64,000 bases of DNA from Polyangiales bacterium. GTDB lineage: Bacteria > Myxococcota_A > Polyangia > Polyangiales > JADJQN01. Positions 10,332 through 21,430 of the stretch are shown here, in pieces. How positions within the stretch are numbered: position 1 is the stretch's first letter; each line of letters opens with the position of its first letter. The position numbers were made by a program, and so were the translations under genes. The DNA lies in NCBI GenBank assembly GCA_964202905.1, contig CAXNJO010000005.1:96001-160000 (forward strand), given 5' to 3'. The notes under the pieces were generated by a model. That model was not told the DNA's origin, searched no databases, and was given only the letters and a program-made list of their open reading frames with translations.

Positions 10332-10552
10332 TGATCGAGTGGGATGCCGTGCTCAAAGCCCTCGTCAGCTCCGTCGTGTTCAGCGCGGTCGGGCTCGTGT
10401 TCTTCGCGATCGCCTTCGTGGTCCTGCAAAAGGTGCTGCCCTTCTCGCTCCGCAAGGAGATCGAGGAGGATCAGAACACCGCGCTCGGTATCGTGCTCGG
10501 GTCGATCGTCATCGGCATCGCGATGATCGTCTCGGCCGCGATCCACGGCTGA
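10328..10552 (+). CDS. DUF350 (YjfL-like) small membrane protein
   Basis: LPFSLRKEIEEDQNTALGIVLGSIVIGIAMIVSAAIHG signature. Confidence 0.85.
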   Translation: MMIEWDAVLKALVSSVVFSAVGLVFFAIAFVVLQKVLPFSLRKEIEEDQNTALGIVLGSIVIGIAMIVSAAIHG

Positions 10553-10585
10553 TCCCGGCCTCGTGAACGCGCCCCGCGAGCCCGC

Positions 10586-12103
10586 GTGAAGAAGCACCGC
10601 AGCGCGCTCCTGCTCGGGACGGTGCTCGTCATCTCGACGGCGGGGCTCGTCTACGAGCTGCTCGGCGGCGCGCTCGCGAGCCAGCGGCTCGGCGACTCGA
10701 TCACGCAGTTCTCGACGACCATCGGCGTCTACCTCTGCGCGATGGGCATCGGCGCGTGGCTCTCCGGCCACGTGCGCACGCGCCTCGCCGAGCGCTTCGT
10801 CGACATCGAGCTCGCGACCGCGCTCATCGGCGGTTTCGAGGCGCCCCTGCTCTGGCTCGCGGCCGGACACGCGGGCTCCTACCGCGTCGTGCTCTACGGC
10901 GTGCTCGCGCTCATCGGCGCGCTCGTCGGCCTCGAGATCCCGCTGATGATGCGGATCCTCCGCGAGGAGCTGCCCTTCGAGGCGCTCGTCGCGCGCGTGC
11001 TGACCTTCGACTACATCGGCGCGCTCGTCGGCTCGCTCGCCTTCGCGCTCGTGCTCGTGCCGACGCTCGGCATGCTGCGCACCTCGCTCGCGCTCGGCCT
11101 GCTCAACGCGGGCGTGGCGCTGCTCTCGACCTGGGTGCTCGACGACCTGATCCCGCCGCGGGTGCGGCTGCGGCAGCGGCTCCTCGCGCTCGGCCTCGGC
11201 GCGACGCTCGCGGTGACCTTCGTCTTCGCGGCGCGGATCGAGCGCTTCGGCGAGGAGGAGACCTTCGGCGGCACCGTCGTCTACGCCGAGCAGACGGCCT
11301 ACCAGCGCATCGTGCTCTCGGCGCAGCGCGGCGCGCTCCAGCTCTGGCTCAACGGGCAGCTCCAGTTCAGCACCGCCGACGAGTACCGCTACCACGAGGC
11401 GCTCGTGCACCCCGCCTTCGCGAGCACCGAGAAGCGCGCGCGCGTGCTCGTGCTCGGCGGCGGGGACGGCCTCGCGGTGCGCGAGATCCTGCGCTACCCG
11501 GAGGTCCGCGAGGTCACGCTCGTCGACCTCGATCCGGGCATGACGGAGCTCGCGACGCGCGTCGCCCCGATCCGCCGACTGAACGGTGATTCACTCCGCG
11601 ACCCGCGCGTGCGCGTCGTGCACGAGGACGCCTACGTCTGGCTCGAGGCCCACCGCGGCGCGCCCTTCGATCTGGCGATCGTCGACTTCCCGGACCCGGG
11701 CAACTTCGCGCTCGGCAAGCTCTACACGGTGCGCTTCTACGAGCTGCTGCGGCGCGCGCTCGCGCCCAGCGGCCGCGTCGTCGTGCAGAGCACCTCGCCG
11801 CTCTTCGCGCGGCGCAGCTTCTGGTGCATCGCGCAGTCAATCGGCGCGGCGGGCTTCGCGACGCGGCCCTACCACGCGCTCGTGCCCTCCTTCGGCGAGT
11901 GGGGCTACGTGCTCGCCTCGCCTGTGCCCTTCGACACACCGACGCGCGTGGACGTGCGCGGGCTGCGCTTCCTGACGAGCGCGCTCCTGCCGACGCTCTT
12001 CGTCTTCGGCGCCGACACCGGCCCGCTGCCCGTCGAGGTGAATCGCCTGAACGACCAGCAGCTCGTCCGCTACTACGACGAGGAGTGGGGAGCGCTCGAG
12101 TGA
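10586..12103 (+). CDS. speE: Polyamine aminopropyltransferase (spermidine synthase family) with N-terminal multi-pass membrane domain
   Basis: GLVYELL TM domain, then YQRI..LNGQLQFSTADEYRYHEALVHP, VLVLGGGDGLAVREIL, VDLDP, IVDFPDP, VPSFGEWG. Confidence 0.92.
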   Translation: MKKHRSALLLGTVLVISTAGLVYELLGGALASQRLGDSITQFSTTIGVYLCAMGIGAWLSGHVRTRLAERFVDIELATALIGGFEAPLLWLAAGHAGSYRVVLYGVLALIGALVGLEIPLMMRILREELPFEALVARVLTFDYIGALVGSLAFALVLVPTLGMLRTSLALGLLNAGVALLSTWVLDDLIPPRVRLRQRLLALGLGATLAVTFVFAARIERFGEEETFGGTVVYAEQTAYQRIVLSAQRGALQLWLNGQLQFSTADEYRYHEALVHPAFASTEKRARVLVLGGGDGLAVREILRYPEVREVTLVDLDPGMTELATRVAPIRRLNGDSLRDPRVRVVHEDAYVWLEAHRGAPFDLAIVDFPDPGNFALGKLYTVRFYELLRRALAPSGRVVVQSTSPLFARRSFWCIAQSIGAAGFATRPYHALVPSFGEWGYVLASPVPFDTPTRVDVRGLRFLTSALLPTLFVFGADTGPLPVEVNRLNDQQLVRYYDEEWGALE

Positions 12104-13723
12104 ACCTCTCGCGGCGCGAGTGGCTCGGCTCGATCCTCGGCGCGTCGCTCGCCGGCGCGATCGCCCCGCTCGGCTGCGTGCAGGGCGAGCGCGAGCCCCC
12201 GCGCTTCGACGGCGCGCTGCTCGGCCCCGACATCCCGCGCGGCCACACGCTGCGCGCCGGACCGCGGCCCGCACCCACGACCATCGCTCAGGATGGTCCC
12301 ACGTACGATGTGATCGTCGTCGGCGGCGGCATCGCCGGGCTCTCCGCGGCGCGCGCATTGCGCCGCGCGGGCCTCGACGATCTCTGTCTGCTCGAGCTCG
12401 AGCGCGAGGTCGGCGGCACCTCGCTCGGCGGCAGCACGCGCGGCATGCCGCACCCCTGGGGCGCGCACTACCTGCCGACGCCCGCGCCCGAGGACACCGC
12501 GCTCGTCGGCCTGCTCGAGGAGATGGGCCTCGTCACCGGACGCGACGCGCGCGGCCTGCCCCGCTACGACGAGGCGCGCCTCGTGCGCGAACCCGAAGAG
12601 CGCCTCTACTACCGCGGACGATGGTACCCGGGCCTCTACCCCGCCGTCGGTGAGACGCCCGCCGAGCGCGCCGAGCGCCTGCGTTTCGACGCGCAGATGC
12701 GCGCTTTTGCGCAGCGCCGCGATGCGCAGGGCCGCCGCGCCTTCGCGAGCCCGGTGGACGCGAGCGCGCGCGACGAGGAGCTGCTCGCCCTCGACCGCGT
12801 GAGCGCCGCCGCGTGGCTCGCCGCGCAGGGCTATCGCTCGCGCCGCCTCGCGTGGTTCTGCGACTACGCCTGCCGCGACGACTTCGGCCTCACCCTCGCG
12901 CAGACCAGCGCGTGGGCGCTCGTGCACTACTTCGCCGCGCGCCTGCACGGCCGCGACGACACCGAGTCCGCGCCGCTCCTCACGTGGCCCGAGGGCAACT
13001 TCGCGCTCGTGAAACACCTGCGCGCGCAGGTCGGCGCCGCGCGCATCCGCACGGGCGTGCTCGTCACGCGCGTCGTCGAGGGCGCCGACTCCGTCACCGT
13101 CCACGCGGAAGACGCGCACGGCGCGCCGCTCGCCCTGCGCGCGCGCCGCGTCGTGCTCGCAGTGCCGCATTTTCTGGCTCAGCGACTCGTGCCGGGCACC
13201 GCGCCCATCCCGCACGCGACGCACGGCGCGTGGGTCGTCGCCAACCTCACCCTGCGCGATCGCCCCGGATTCGCCGGGCTTCCCGCTCGCGTGGGACAAC
13301 GTGCTCCACGACAGCCCCTCGCTCGGCTACGTCGTCGCGACCCACGGCGCCGGCCGCGATCACGGCCCGACCGTGTGGACGTACTACCTCCCGCTCACCG
13401 ACGACGACCCGCGCGAGGCGCGCCGCAAACTGCTCGAACACCCGCTCTCGCACTGGCAGGACGCCGCCTACGCCGACCTCGCGCGCGCGCACCGCGGCCT
13501 GCGCGAACAGATCGCCCGCATCGACGTCTGGCGCTGGGGCCACGCGATGGTGCAGCCGCGCGTCGGCGCGCTCTTCTCCGGCGAGCGCGTCGCGGCGCAG
13601 GCACCCCGCGGCCGCATCCACGTCGCGCACTCCGATCTTTCCGGCCTCGCCCTCTTCGAAGAGGCCTTCCACCAGGGCCTCCGCGCCGCCGCCGAGGTCA
13701 CCGCCGCGCTGCGGTCCGCATGA
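12100..13723 (+). CDS. FAD-dependent amine-oxidase-family oxidoreductase with Tat signal (frameshift near 13280)
   Basis: LSRREWL twin-arginine motif and LGC, DVIVVGGGIAGLSAA, WGAHYLP, DYACRDDFG; continues in ORF 13301..13723 (RWGHAM, AHSDLSGLALFEEA). Confidence 0.85.
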
Positions 13724-14942
13724 GCGAGTCTTCCGCCAACCTTGCGCCCGGAGCGACGGATTCCGCAGCCACCGGCGCAGAATCCCATTCTCCGACTCCA
13801 TCGCTCGAATCCCACGCTTCTCCCGCGCTGAATCCCCTCGATCCGCCCACCGTCCGCCCCGCCCGGACGCTCTCGCGCGCGCTCGCAGGCGACGATCCGC
13901 GCTTCCTGTTCGGGGCGCGCGGCGATCTGCTCACCTTCGGCGGCGCCGTCGCTGCTCTCGGCCGCGCTGCTCGCGGCAGGCGCGGTGACGGGCGCGCTCG
14001 ACGCGGAGACATCCCCGCTCCTCTGGCTCGCGCTCGTCGTCGGCCTCGACGTCGCGCACGTCTGGTCGACCACGCTCCGCGTGTACCTCGACCCCGCCGA
14101 GCTGCGCCGCCGCGCCGCGCTCTACGCCGGCACGCCGCTCGCCGCGTGGCTGTTCGGCGTCGTCCTGCACGGCTTCTCCGCGGCCGTCTTCTGGCGCGTC
14201 GTCGCCTATCTCGCGGTGTGGCATTTCCTGCGGCAGCAGATCGGTTGGCTGCGATTGCTGCACCGCCGCGCCGCGGCGGGCTTCACGCACGCGCCCGCGC
14301 CCTCCGAGCGCCGCCTCGAAGAGGCCCTGCTCTGGCTCGTGATGCTCCACCCCGTCGCGCACTGGCACGCCCATCTCCCGCGCCGCTTCGCGTGGATGGT
14401 CGAGGGCGATTTCGTCCGCGGCCTCGATCCGCGCATCGTGACCGCCCTCGGCGCCCTCACCGCCCTCGTCGCGCTCGCCTGGCTCATGACGCAACTCCGC
14501 ACCACCGCGCGCGGCCGCCCGCCGGCGTGGGGCCGCTGGCTGCTCCTCGGCGCGACGGCCTTCGCCTGGTACGCGGGCCTCGTCGCCTTCGACTCCGACT
14601 ACGCCTTCACCGTCACCAACATCCCCCTCCACGCCCTCCCCTACGCGTGGCTCGCCGTCCGCTACGCCCGCAGCCCGCGTCGCCGAGCCCGGCGCGCCCC
14701 CGCTGCTCTCGCGGCTCGTTCGCACCGGCCCCTTCGCCATCGCCGCCCTCCTCATCCTCGTCGCCCTGCTCGAGGAGGCCGGCTGGGACCGCCTCGTCTG
14801 GCACGATCACCCGCAATTCTTCGGCCCCTCGTCACCCCTCGACGACGCGTGGGTCGCCCTCCTCGCCCCGCTCCTCGCCGTCCCGCAGCTCACGCACTAC
14901 GTGCTGGATGGCTTCGTGTGGCGCCGAGAAGGGAATGAGTAG
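13720..14942 (+). CDS. Multi-pass membrane protein with conserved His motifs (frameshifts near 13950 and 14690)
   Basis: DVAHVWST, WHFLRQQIGW, TNIPLHALPY and, in the next frame, VPQLTHYVLDGFVWRREGNE*. Confidence 0.65.
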
Positions 14943-14985
14943 CACACGGCGAAGAGCAGTTTTGCGCGGTGCTCCAGAATCCCAT

Positions 14986-15063
14986 TCAGCCCGTCATCGC
15001 AACGACCTCGCGGAGCCGCGCCGGAAACAACACGTTCGCGTCGTAGACAACGATCGGCGTCAT
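14986..15063 (-). pseudogene. Truncated PIN-domain toxin (25 codons)
   Basis: MTPIVVYDANVLFPARLRE matches the VVxDANVLxP start of PIN proteins paired with excisionase-like HTH genes; then an early stop. Confidence 0.65.
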
Positions 15064-15068
15064 CGTGC

Positions 15069-15518
15069 TCAGCAGCCGAGCCCGTACCTCTGCGCCTCTG
15101 CGGCGAGCTCTTCGGCGACCGCGCGGCGGCCAGCATCGTCGCGCTCCTCGTAGGCCACGAGATCCGTCATGCGCACACGCCGGTGCGTGCCGACCTTGCG
15201 ATACGGATTGGCCCGCGCATCCAGCAGACCGATCAGGAAGGGACGCGACACGTTCAGATGGTCCGCCGCCTGCTGTGTCGTCAGCTCGGCCTCCGCAGGG
15301 ACGATGGTCACGGCGCTGCCACCCGCCATCTGCCCGAGCACCTCGAGCAACGGGCCCAACGCCTCCGCCGGCAGCGCGACCGACACCCGCTTCCCACCCG
15401 ACGACCGCACCGAGACCCGCGCCTCGACCGGCCCGGCCGCGCTCACCGGCTGCAACACCCGCAGCGCCTTGCGGGCGCGCTCCGGCATCTCGGGGCTCTT
15501 CTCGCGCAGCAGCGGCAT
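15069..15518 (-). CDS. Excisionase-family HTH DNA-binding protein (putative antitoxin)
   Basis: ELTTQQAADHLNVSRPFLIGLLD..YRKVGTHRRV..ELAAEAQRYGLG. Confidence 0.85.
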   Translation of the reverse strand: MPLLREKSPEMPERARKALRVLQPVSAAGPVEARVSVRSSGGKRVSVALPAEALGPLLEVLGQMAGGSAVTIVPAEAELTTQQAADHLNVSRPFLIGLLDARANPYRKVGTHRRVRMTDLVAYEERDDAGRRAVAEELAAEAQRYGLGC

Positions 15519-15679
15519 CGCGACTCCTCCCGACGCGACGATGGATGCCCAGCGAGACAGACGCAACATCCGCAACGAACGCAACCATCGAAACGGAGTT
15601 CCCGCGCCACCGCCACGCGGCGGGCGCATGCAGCGACTACCCAGACAACTACCCACATGCTACCCTGATCGCCACCCCG

Positions 15680-17248
15680 ATGACGACCCAGAAACCCCGG
15701 CGCCCGCCACGCGCAGGCGCTCCGAAGCAGGTCGGCACACGCCCGACGAAGACGAACGCCCTCGCCCGGGAGATCGCGCTTGGCGAGGACAGCACGCGTC
15801 AGTTCAAGCGCGACATCACCCACGCCGACGCGCTCGCCGCCGAGATGGCCGCCTTCGCGAACGCGGAGGGCGGCACGCTCTACCTCGGCGTCGCGGACGA
15901 CGGCTCCACGCCAGGGCTCGCGCCCGACGACGTGAAGCGGCTCAACCAGCTCATCGGCAACGTCGCGAACCACGCGGTGCGCAGCGCGCTCACCGTCTCG
16001 ACGAAGAACGTCGCGTTCCCCAACGGGCGCATCGTCATCGTGGTCACCGTCCCGAAGGGGCTCGACAAACCCTATTTCGATCGGAGCGGCGTGATCTGGC
16101 TCAAGGCGGGGGCCGACAAGCGCCGCATCAACTCCCGCGAAGAGCTGCGCCGCTTCTTCCAGCTCACCGACCCGTTTCACGCCGACGAGCTGCCGACGAA
16201 GGCAATCCTCGATGCGCTCGACGCGGTGCGTTTCCGCGACTTCCTGCGCGACACCTACGATCAGCCGCTGCCGTCACGCGCGAGCGACCGGCTCCGCCTG
16301 CTCGTGAACCTGAACCTCGCGACGCACTCGGGTGCGCTCAACCTCGCGGGTCTGCTGCTCTTCGGCGAGCAGCCTCAGCGCTTCAAGCCGCAGTTCGTCG
16401 TGAAATCGGTCGCCTATCCGGGCCGCGACATCCACGTGTCGGCCTACGAGGACACCGAGGACTTCGCCGGTCCGCTCCGCCGCGTGTTCGACGGCGCGCT
16501 CGCCTTCATCCTGCGCAACCTCCGCAAAGTGCAGGGCGGACACGGCGTGAACAGCCCTGGCACGCCCGAAGTTCCGCCCATCGTCTTCGAAGAGCTGCTC
16601 GTCAACGCGCTCGTGCACCGCGACTACCTCGTGAGCGCGCCCATCCGCATCTTCGTCTTCGACGATCGCGTCGACATCATCAGCCCCGGCACGCTGCCCA
16701 ATCACCTCACCGTCGCCAACATCCGCGTCGGCAACTCCAACCTGCGCAATCCCATCCTCGCGAGCTTCGCCGCCAAAGGCCTGCTGCCCTATCGCGGCCT
16801 CGGCTCGGGCATCCCGCGCGCCCTCGAGGCCTGGCCCGACATCACCTTCCGCGACGACCGCGACGGCGCCCTGTTCGTCGCCTCCGTGTCGCGCGCGCGG
16901 GCAGGCCGCGTCCGCGACGCACAGGCCCCCGGGCTCGCGCGCACCCCCACCCCGGCACGCCCCACCCCGTTTCCGGGCACGACCCTGATCACTCCCCAGA
17001 TCACGACCCCGAGCCCGACCCGGGATATCCCCTGGACTCTTCTCTCGCTGCTCCGCGCCGAGCCCCGCGCGACCCGCAACACCCTTGCCTCGGCTGTCGG
17101 CCTCACCCCGGATGGCGTGAAATACCACCTGCGCCGCCTCCGCGACGCGGGGCTCCTGCGCCGCATCGGCCCCGACCACGGCGGCCACTGGGAAGTGCGC
17201 GACCCCGCCCCCCCCGCGCCCCCGAGCCGCCGCGCACCCCGGCGCTGA
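15680..17248 (+). CDS. AlbA_2/Schlafen-domain protein with RecG-C/HATPase_c_4-like region and C-terminal winged HTH
   Basis: GEDSTRQFK, MAAFANAEGGTLYLGVADDG, ELLVNALVHRDY, FDDRVDIISPG, RNPIL, GLGSGI, LRRIGPDHGGHWEV. Confidence 0.88.
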   Translation: MTTQKPRRPPRAGAPKQVGTRPTKTNALAREIALGEDSTRQFKRDITHADALAAEMAAFANAEGGTLYLGVADDGSTPGLAPDDVKRLNQLIGNVANHAVRSALTVSTKNVAFPNGRIVIVVTVPKGLDKPYFDRSGVIWLKAGADKRRINSREELRRFFQLTDPFHADELPTKAILDALDAVRFRDFLRDTYDQPLPSRASDRLRLLVNLNLATHSGALNLAGLLLFGEQPQRFKPQFVVKSVAYPGRDIHVSAYEDTEDFAGPLRRVFDGALAFILRNLRKVQGGHGVNSPGTPEVPPIVFEELLVNALVHRDYLVSAPIRIFVFDDRVDIISPGTLPNHLTVANIRVGNSNLRNPILASFAAKGLLPYRGLGSGIPRALEAWPDITFRDDRDGALFVASVSRARAGRVRDAQAPGLARTPTPARPTPFPGTTLITPQITTPSPTRDIPWTLLSLLRAEPRATRNTLASAVGLTPDGVKYHLRRLRDAGLLRRIGPDHGGHWEVRDPAPPAPPSRRAPRR

Positions 17249-17403
17249 ACCGAGCGCGCAACCCCTGCGGCCTCACCCATCGTCCCGCGCCTTCCCCTGC
17301 GCGTGGCTCGCCTTCCGTTACGCCCGCAGCCGCGTCACCGAGTCCGGCACGCCCCCGCTGCCCTCCCGCCCCGGCCGCACACGACCGCACGCGCATCGCC
17401 TCG

Positions 17404-18840
17404 TCAGAACACGTACACCGCGCCCGAGTCGGTGGCGGCGTTACTCGTCTGATCGCCGCCGATGCCCGTCGCAGCCGAGTCTTCGAACCACGCGCCAACC
17501 GCGAGCGTCGCACCATCACCAGACAGTGCGACGGACGTCCCGAATAGATCGTTAAAACCGGTATTCGACGCCTTCACGTAGGCCTCCTGCGCCCATACGC
17601 CGCCCACGCTCCGCCGAAACACGTAGACCGCGCCCGAACTAGAAAACGCGTTGCTCGCCTGATCGCCACCGACGCCCGTCGCGGCCGAGCCCTCGTTATG
17701 CGCACCGACAGCCAGCGTCGCACCATCGCCAGACAGTGCGACGGAAGACCCGAAATAATCGTCCGAACCGGTATTCGACGCCTTCACATAGGCCTCCTGC
17801 GCCCATACGCCGCCCACGCTCCGCCGAAACACGTAGACCGCGCCCGACTCCGAAGCCGCGTTGCTCGCCTGATCGCCACCGACGCCCGTCGCGGCCGAGT
17901 CCTCGTTATGCGCGCCGACAGCCAGCGTCGCACCATCGCCAGACAGTGCGACGGAGTACCCGAAATAGTCGTTCGAATCGGTATTCGACGCCTTCACGTA
18001 GGCCTCCTGCGCCCATACGCCGCCCACGCTCCGCCGAAACACGTACACCGCGCCCGAAACCGAAGCCGCGTTGCTCGTCTGATCGCCACCGACGCCCGTC
18101 GCGGCCGAGTCCTCGAACCACGCGCCGACCGCCAGCGTCGCACCATCGCCAGACAGTGCGACGGACTGCCCGAAAAGATCAGCCGAACCGGTATTCGACG
18201 CCTTCACGTAGGCCTCCTGCGCCCACACGCCGCCCACGCTCCGCCGAAACACGTACACCGCGCCCGAAACCGAAGCCGCGTTGCTCGTCTGATCCCCACC
18301 GACGCCCGTCGCGGCCGAGGCCTCGCGTAACGCGCTGACAGCCAGCGTCGCACCATCGCCAGACAGTGCGACGGAGTACCCGAAATAATCTTGGATGCCG
18401 GTATTCGACGCCTTCACGTAGGCCTCCTGCGCCCATACGCCGCCCACGCTCCGCCGAAACACGTAGACCGCGCCCGACTCCCGCGACGTGTTGCTCGCCT
18501 GGTCGCCACCGACGCCCCTCGCAGCCGAGGCCTCAAGACACGCACCGACCGCCAGCGTCGCACCATCGCCAGACAGTGCGACGGAACACCCGAACTGATC
18601 GCGAGAACCGGTATTCGACGCCTTCACGTAGGCCTCCTGCGCCCATACGCCGCCCACGCTCCGCCGAAACACGTAGACCGCGCCCGACTCCGAAGCCGCG
18701 TTGCTCGCCTGATCGCCACCGACGCCCGTCGCGGCCGAGTCCTCGTTATGCGCGCCGACAGCCAGCGTCGCACCATCGCCAGACAGGGCGACAGAATACC
18801 CGAAGGAATCGTTCGAACCGGTATTCGACGCCTTGATGTA
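17404..18840 (-). repeat. Seven tandem 210-bp units (70-aa propeller blades)
   Basis: agacag(t/g)gcg recurs at 17521, 17731, 17941, 18151, 18361, 18571 and 18781. Confidence 0.95.
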
Positions 18841-21369
18841 CATGCTGCTCTTCGTAACGACGACATCATAGATTCGCGACATGCCATCTGTTGCTGTCAC
18901 GCGAATCGCAATCGCAGACACAACACCCGTCAGCGCTGCGCTCACACTCCCCCCACTGCTCACCGCCGTCCCATTCACCGTGATCGCCAATCCCGCCGGG
19001 CACGCGACCGTCGGCTGCACGACGCAGCTCGTCGCGCCCGAGGCCGCCGTCACTCGGTACATCGTCGTCGCCGGGTCGAACACCGGTGACAAAGCGCCAC
19101 ACGAGATCGTCAATCCCGACAACGCGGGCACGACGTCGTCGCTGAATCCGTCGCAATCATCATCGGCGCCGTTGCACGTCTCGACGCTCGGCGCGACACC
19201 TGTGCAGGCCGTCCAGCCCGTGCCGGTGCAGGTCTGGGTGCCGTTCGTGCAGACACCCACGCTCAAGCCGCACGAGCGCGTCGAGCCCGGCGTGCAGGTG
19301 CACGATTCATCGACGGTGCCGTCGCAATCGTCGTCGAGGCCGTTGCAGATCTCGGGCGCGCCCGGGCGCACGGTGTTCGCGGCGTCGTTGCAATCGGTGC
19401 TGTTCGCCACGTAGCCCACCGGCGCGGTGCAGGCCGCGCGCGCGACGCCGGCACCGAAGCCGTCGGCGTCGGTGTCGGGGTAGTAGTTCGTCGTCACGCC
19501 GTCGTCGGCCGTGCCGTCGCAGTCCTGGTCGAGGCCGTCGCACGCCTCGCGCGCGGCGCGGTGCCCGAGCACGTGCCCCACATGCCGCCGCTGCACGTCT
19601 GCGAGCCCACCGTGCAGAGGCCCACGCTCGAGCCGCAGGCCTGCGTCGCGCCGTTCGTGCACATGCAGCCGTTGTCGACGGTGCCATTGCAGTCGTTGTC
19701 GATCGCACCGTCGCACTGCTCCGGCGCGCCCGGGTAGATGACATCGTCCGCGTCGTTGCAATCACTGTTATTGAGGACGAAACCCACGGGAGCCGAGCAC
19801 GCGAGCGTTGCCATCCCCGCGCCGAACGTGTCGGCATCGGCGTCGCGGTAATAGGCTGTCTGCACGCCGTCGTCGACGGCGCCGTCGCAATCCTCGTCGA
19901 TCAGATTGCAGATTTCCGGAGCAGACGGTCGGATGGCGGGGTTGATGTCGTTGCAATCCAGCGTCGGGGTGTTCGTGTAGCCGGCCGGGCAACCGCCGAA
20001 CGCGATGCGCGACGCGTCGAAACACTGCGCCGTCGTGGCACCGACGCCGAAGCCGTCGGAGTCCGCGTCCACGCGGCAACCGAAGGCGGTGACGAGGCCG
20101 TCGTCGACGAGCCCGTTGCAGTTGTCGTCGAGCCCATTGCACGCCTCCGCGACGGGCATACCGGACACCGCCGAACACACCAGCATCCCACTGCCGCAAG
20201 CCAGTGTGCCGCTGCGCGCGCACGAGCCCACGCCGTTGGTACACGCATCGCCGAGACCGAGGACGTCGTCGACGACCCCGTCACAGTCGTTGTCGAGCGT
20301 GTCGCAGCGCTCGATTCCGTCGGGGCGAATCTCTGCAATCGAATCGTTGCAATCCAGCGGAGAGGCCGAGTTCGTATACCCCGCGGGGCAGAAGCCCACG
20401 GCGTCGCGCGTCATGTCGAGGCACTGCGCGCTCGCCGCGCCGGCGCCAAATCCATCGGAGTCGCGGTCCTGATAACAGCCGCTCACCAACAGCCCCTCAT
20501 CCGTTTCGCCGTCGCAGTCGTCGTCGGCGCCATTGCAGGATTCCGTCGTCGGACCGGTGCCGCTGCACCCCGCCCAGAGGCCCTCGATGCAGGTCTGCGT
20601 CCCGGCCACGCATGCGCCCGTGTCGCCGCCGCAGCCGCGCGTCGTGCCCGTCACGCAGCCGCAGTCTTCGTCGACGGTGCCGTCGCAGTCGTCGTCGGCC
20701 GTGCCGTCACAGGCCTCCATCGCGGCCGGGTTCGAGGATGGGCGCGCATCGTCACAATCGTCGCCGTTCGTCACCGTGCCCGTCATCCCCGGGCAGCCCG
20801 TGACGGGCGTGCCCGCGCCGAAGCCGTCGCGGTCGGCGTCGGTGTAGAGCATGACGAGCAGGTCTTCGTCCGTGCGGCCATCGCAATCGTCGTCGATGGC
20901 ATTGCACACCTCGGGCACCGCCAGATTCACGCCCGGTCGCGCGTCGTTGCAGTCGTCGCCGCAGGTCGTGCCGTTGCAGCAGCGGGCATCGGGGAAGCCG
21001 TCGCTGTCCGCGTCGCGGAATCCGAACGTCTCCGGATCGCAGTCCTCGTCGAGATCCGCGGCGTCGCAGACCTCGGCCGCGCCCGGATAGCGCGACGGAT
21101 TCGCGTCGTCGCAATCCGTCCCGCCGCACGCCGCGTCGCGTGCGCCGTCGCCATCCGCGTCGACGCACGGGCCCGTCATGTCGGGCGCGCCGAGGTCGAG
21201 CACCATCGCGTCAACGCCGAGATCCGCGGGGGGCACCGTCGCGTCGACGCCCGAGCCGGGCGGCGCCGCGCCGTCGCCGCACGCCGCGAGGAGCGCGGTG
21301 AGGAGCGCGGTGGCCAGGACGCGGAAACGAGGGACGGGACAAGGGCCGCAAGCGAGCAGCGGTGGGCAT
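17404..21369 (-). CDS. Large lipoprotein adhesin: MopE-like Cys/Asp repeats, cadherin-like beta-sandwich, 7-bladed FG-GAP propeller (frameshift near 19550; start uncertain)
   Basis: LLTALLAAC lipobox near 21280; repeats DCND..PGAxExCNGxDDDCDG (ORF 19494..21236); ORF 17404..19761 gives LSGLTISCGALSPVFDP..YDVVVTK and seven YVKASNTG..FG..LAVGA..SGAVYVF blades. Confidence 0.8.
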
Positions 21370-21430
21370 CACGGAGCGAGGCTACCGCAGCCGCGCGGCG
21401 ATTTCGATGGGGCCGCGCGGCCGTTCGCCC

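Noticed and set aside
15069..15518. Prophage excisionase
   Set aside because: No integrase or phage genes; the adjacent PIN start indicates the HTH-PIN toxin-antitoxin type.
17404..18840. CRISPR array or diversity-generating retroelement
   Set aside because: Repeats are 210-bp in-frame coding units without spacers; no cas genes, reverse transcriptase or separate template repeat in the window.
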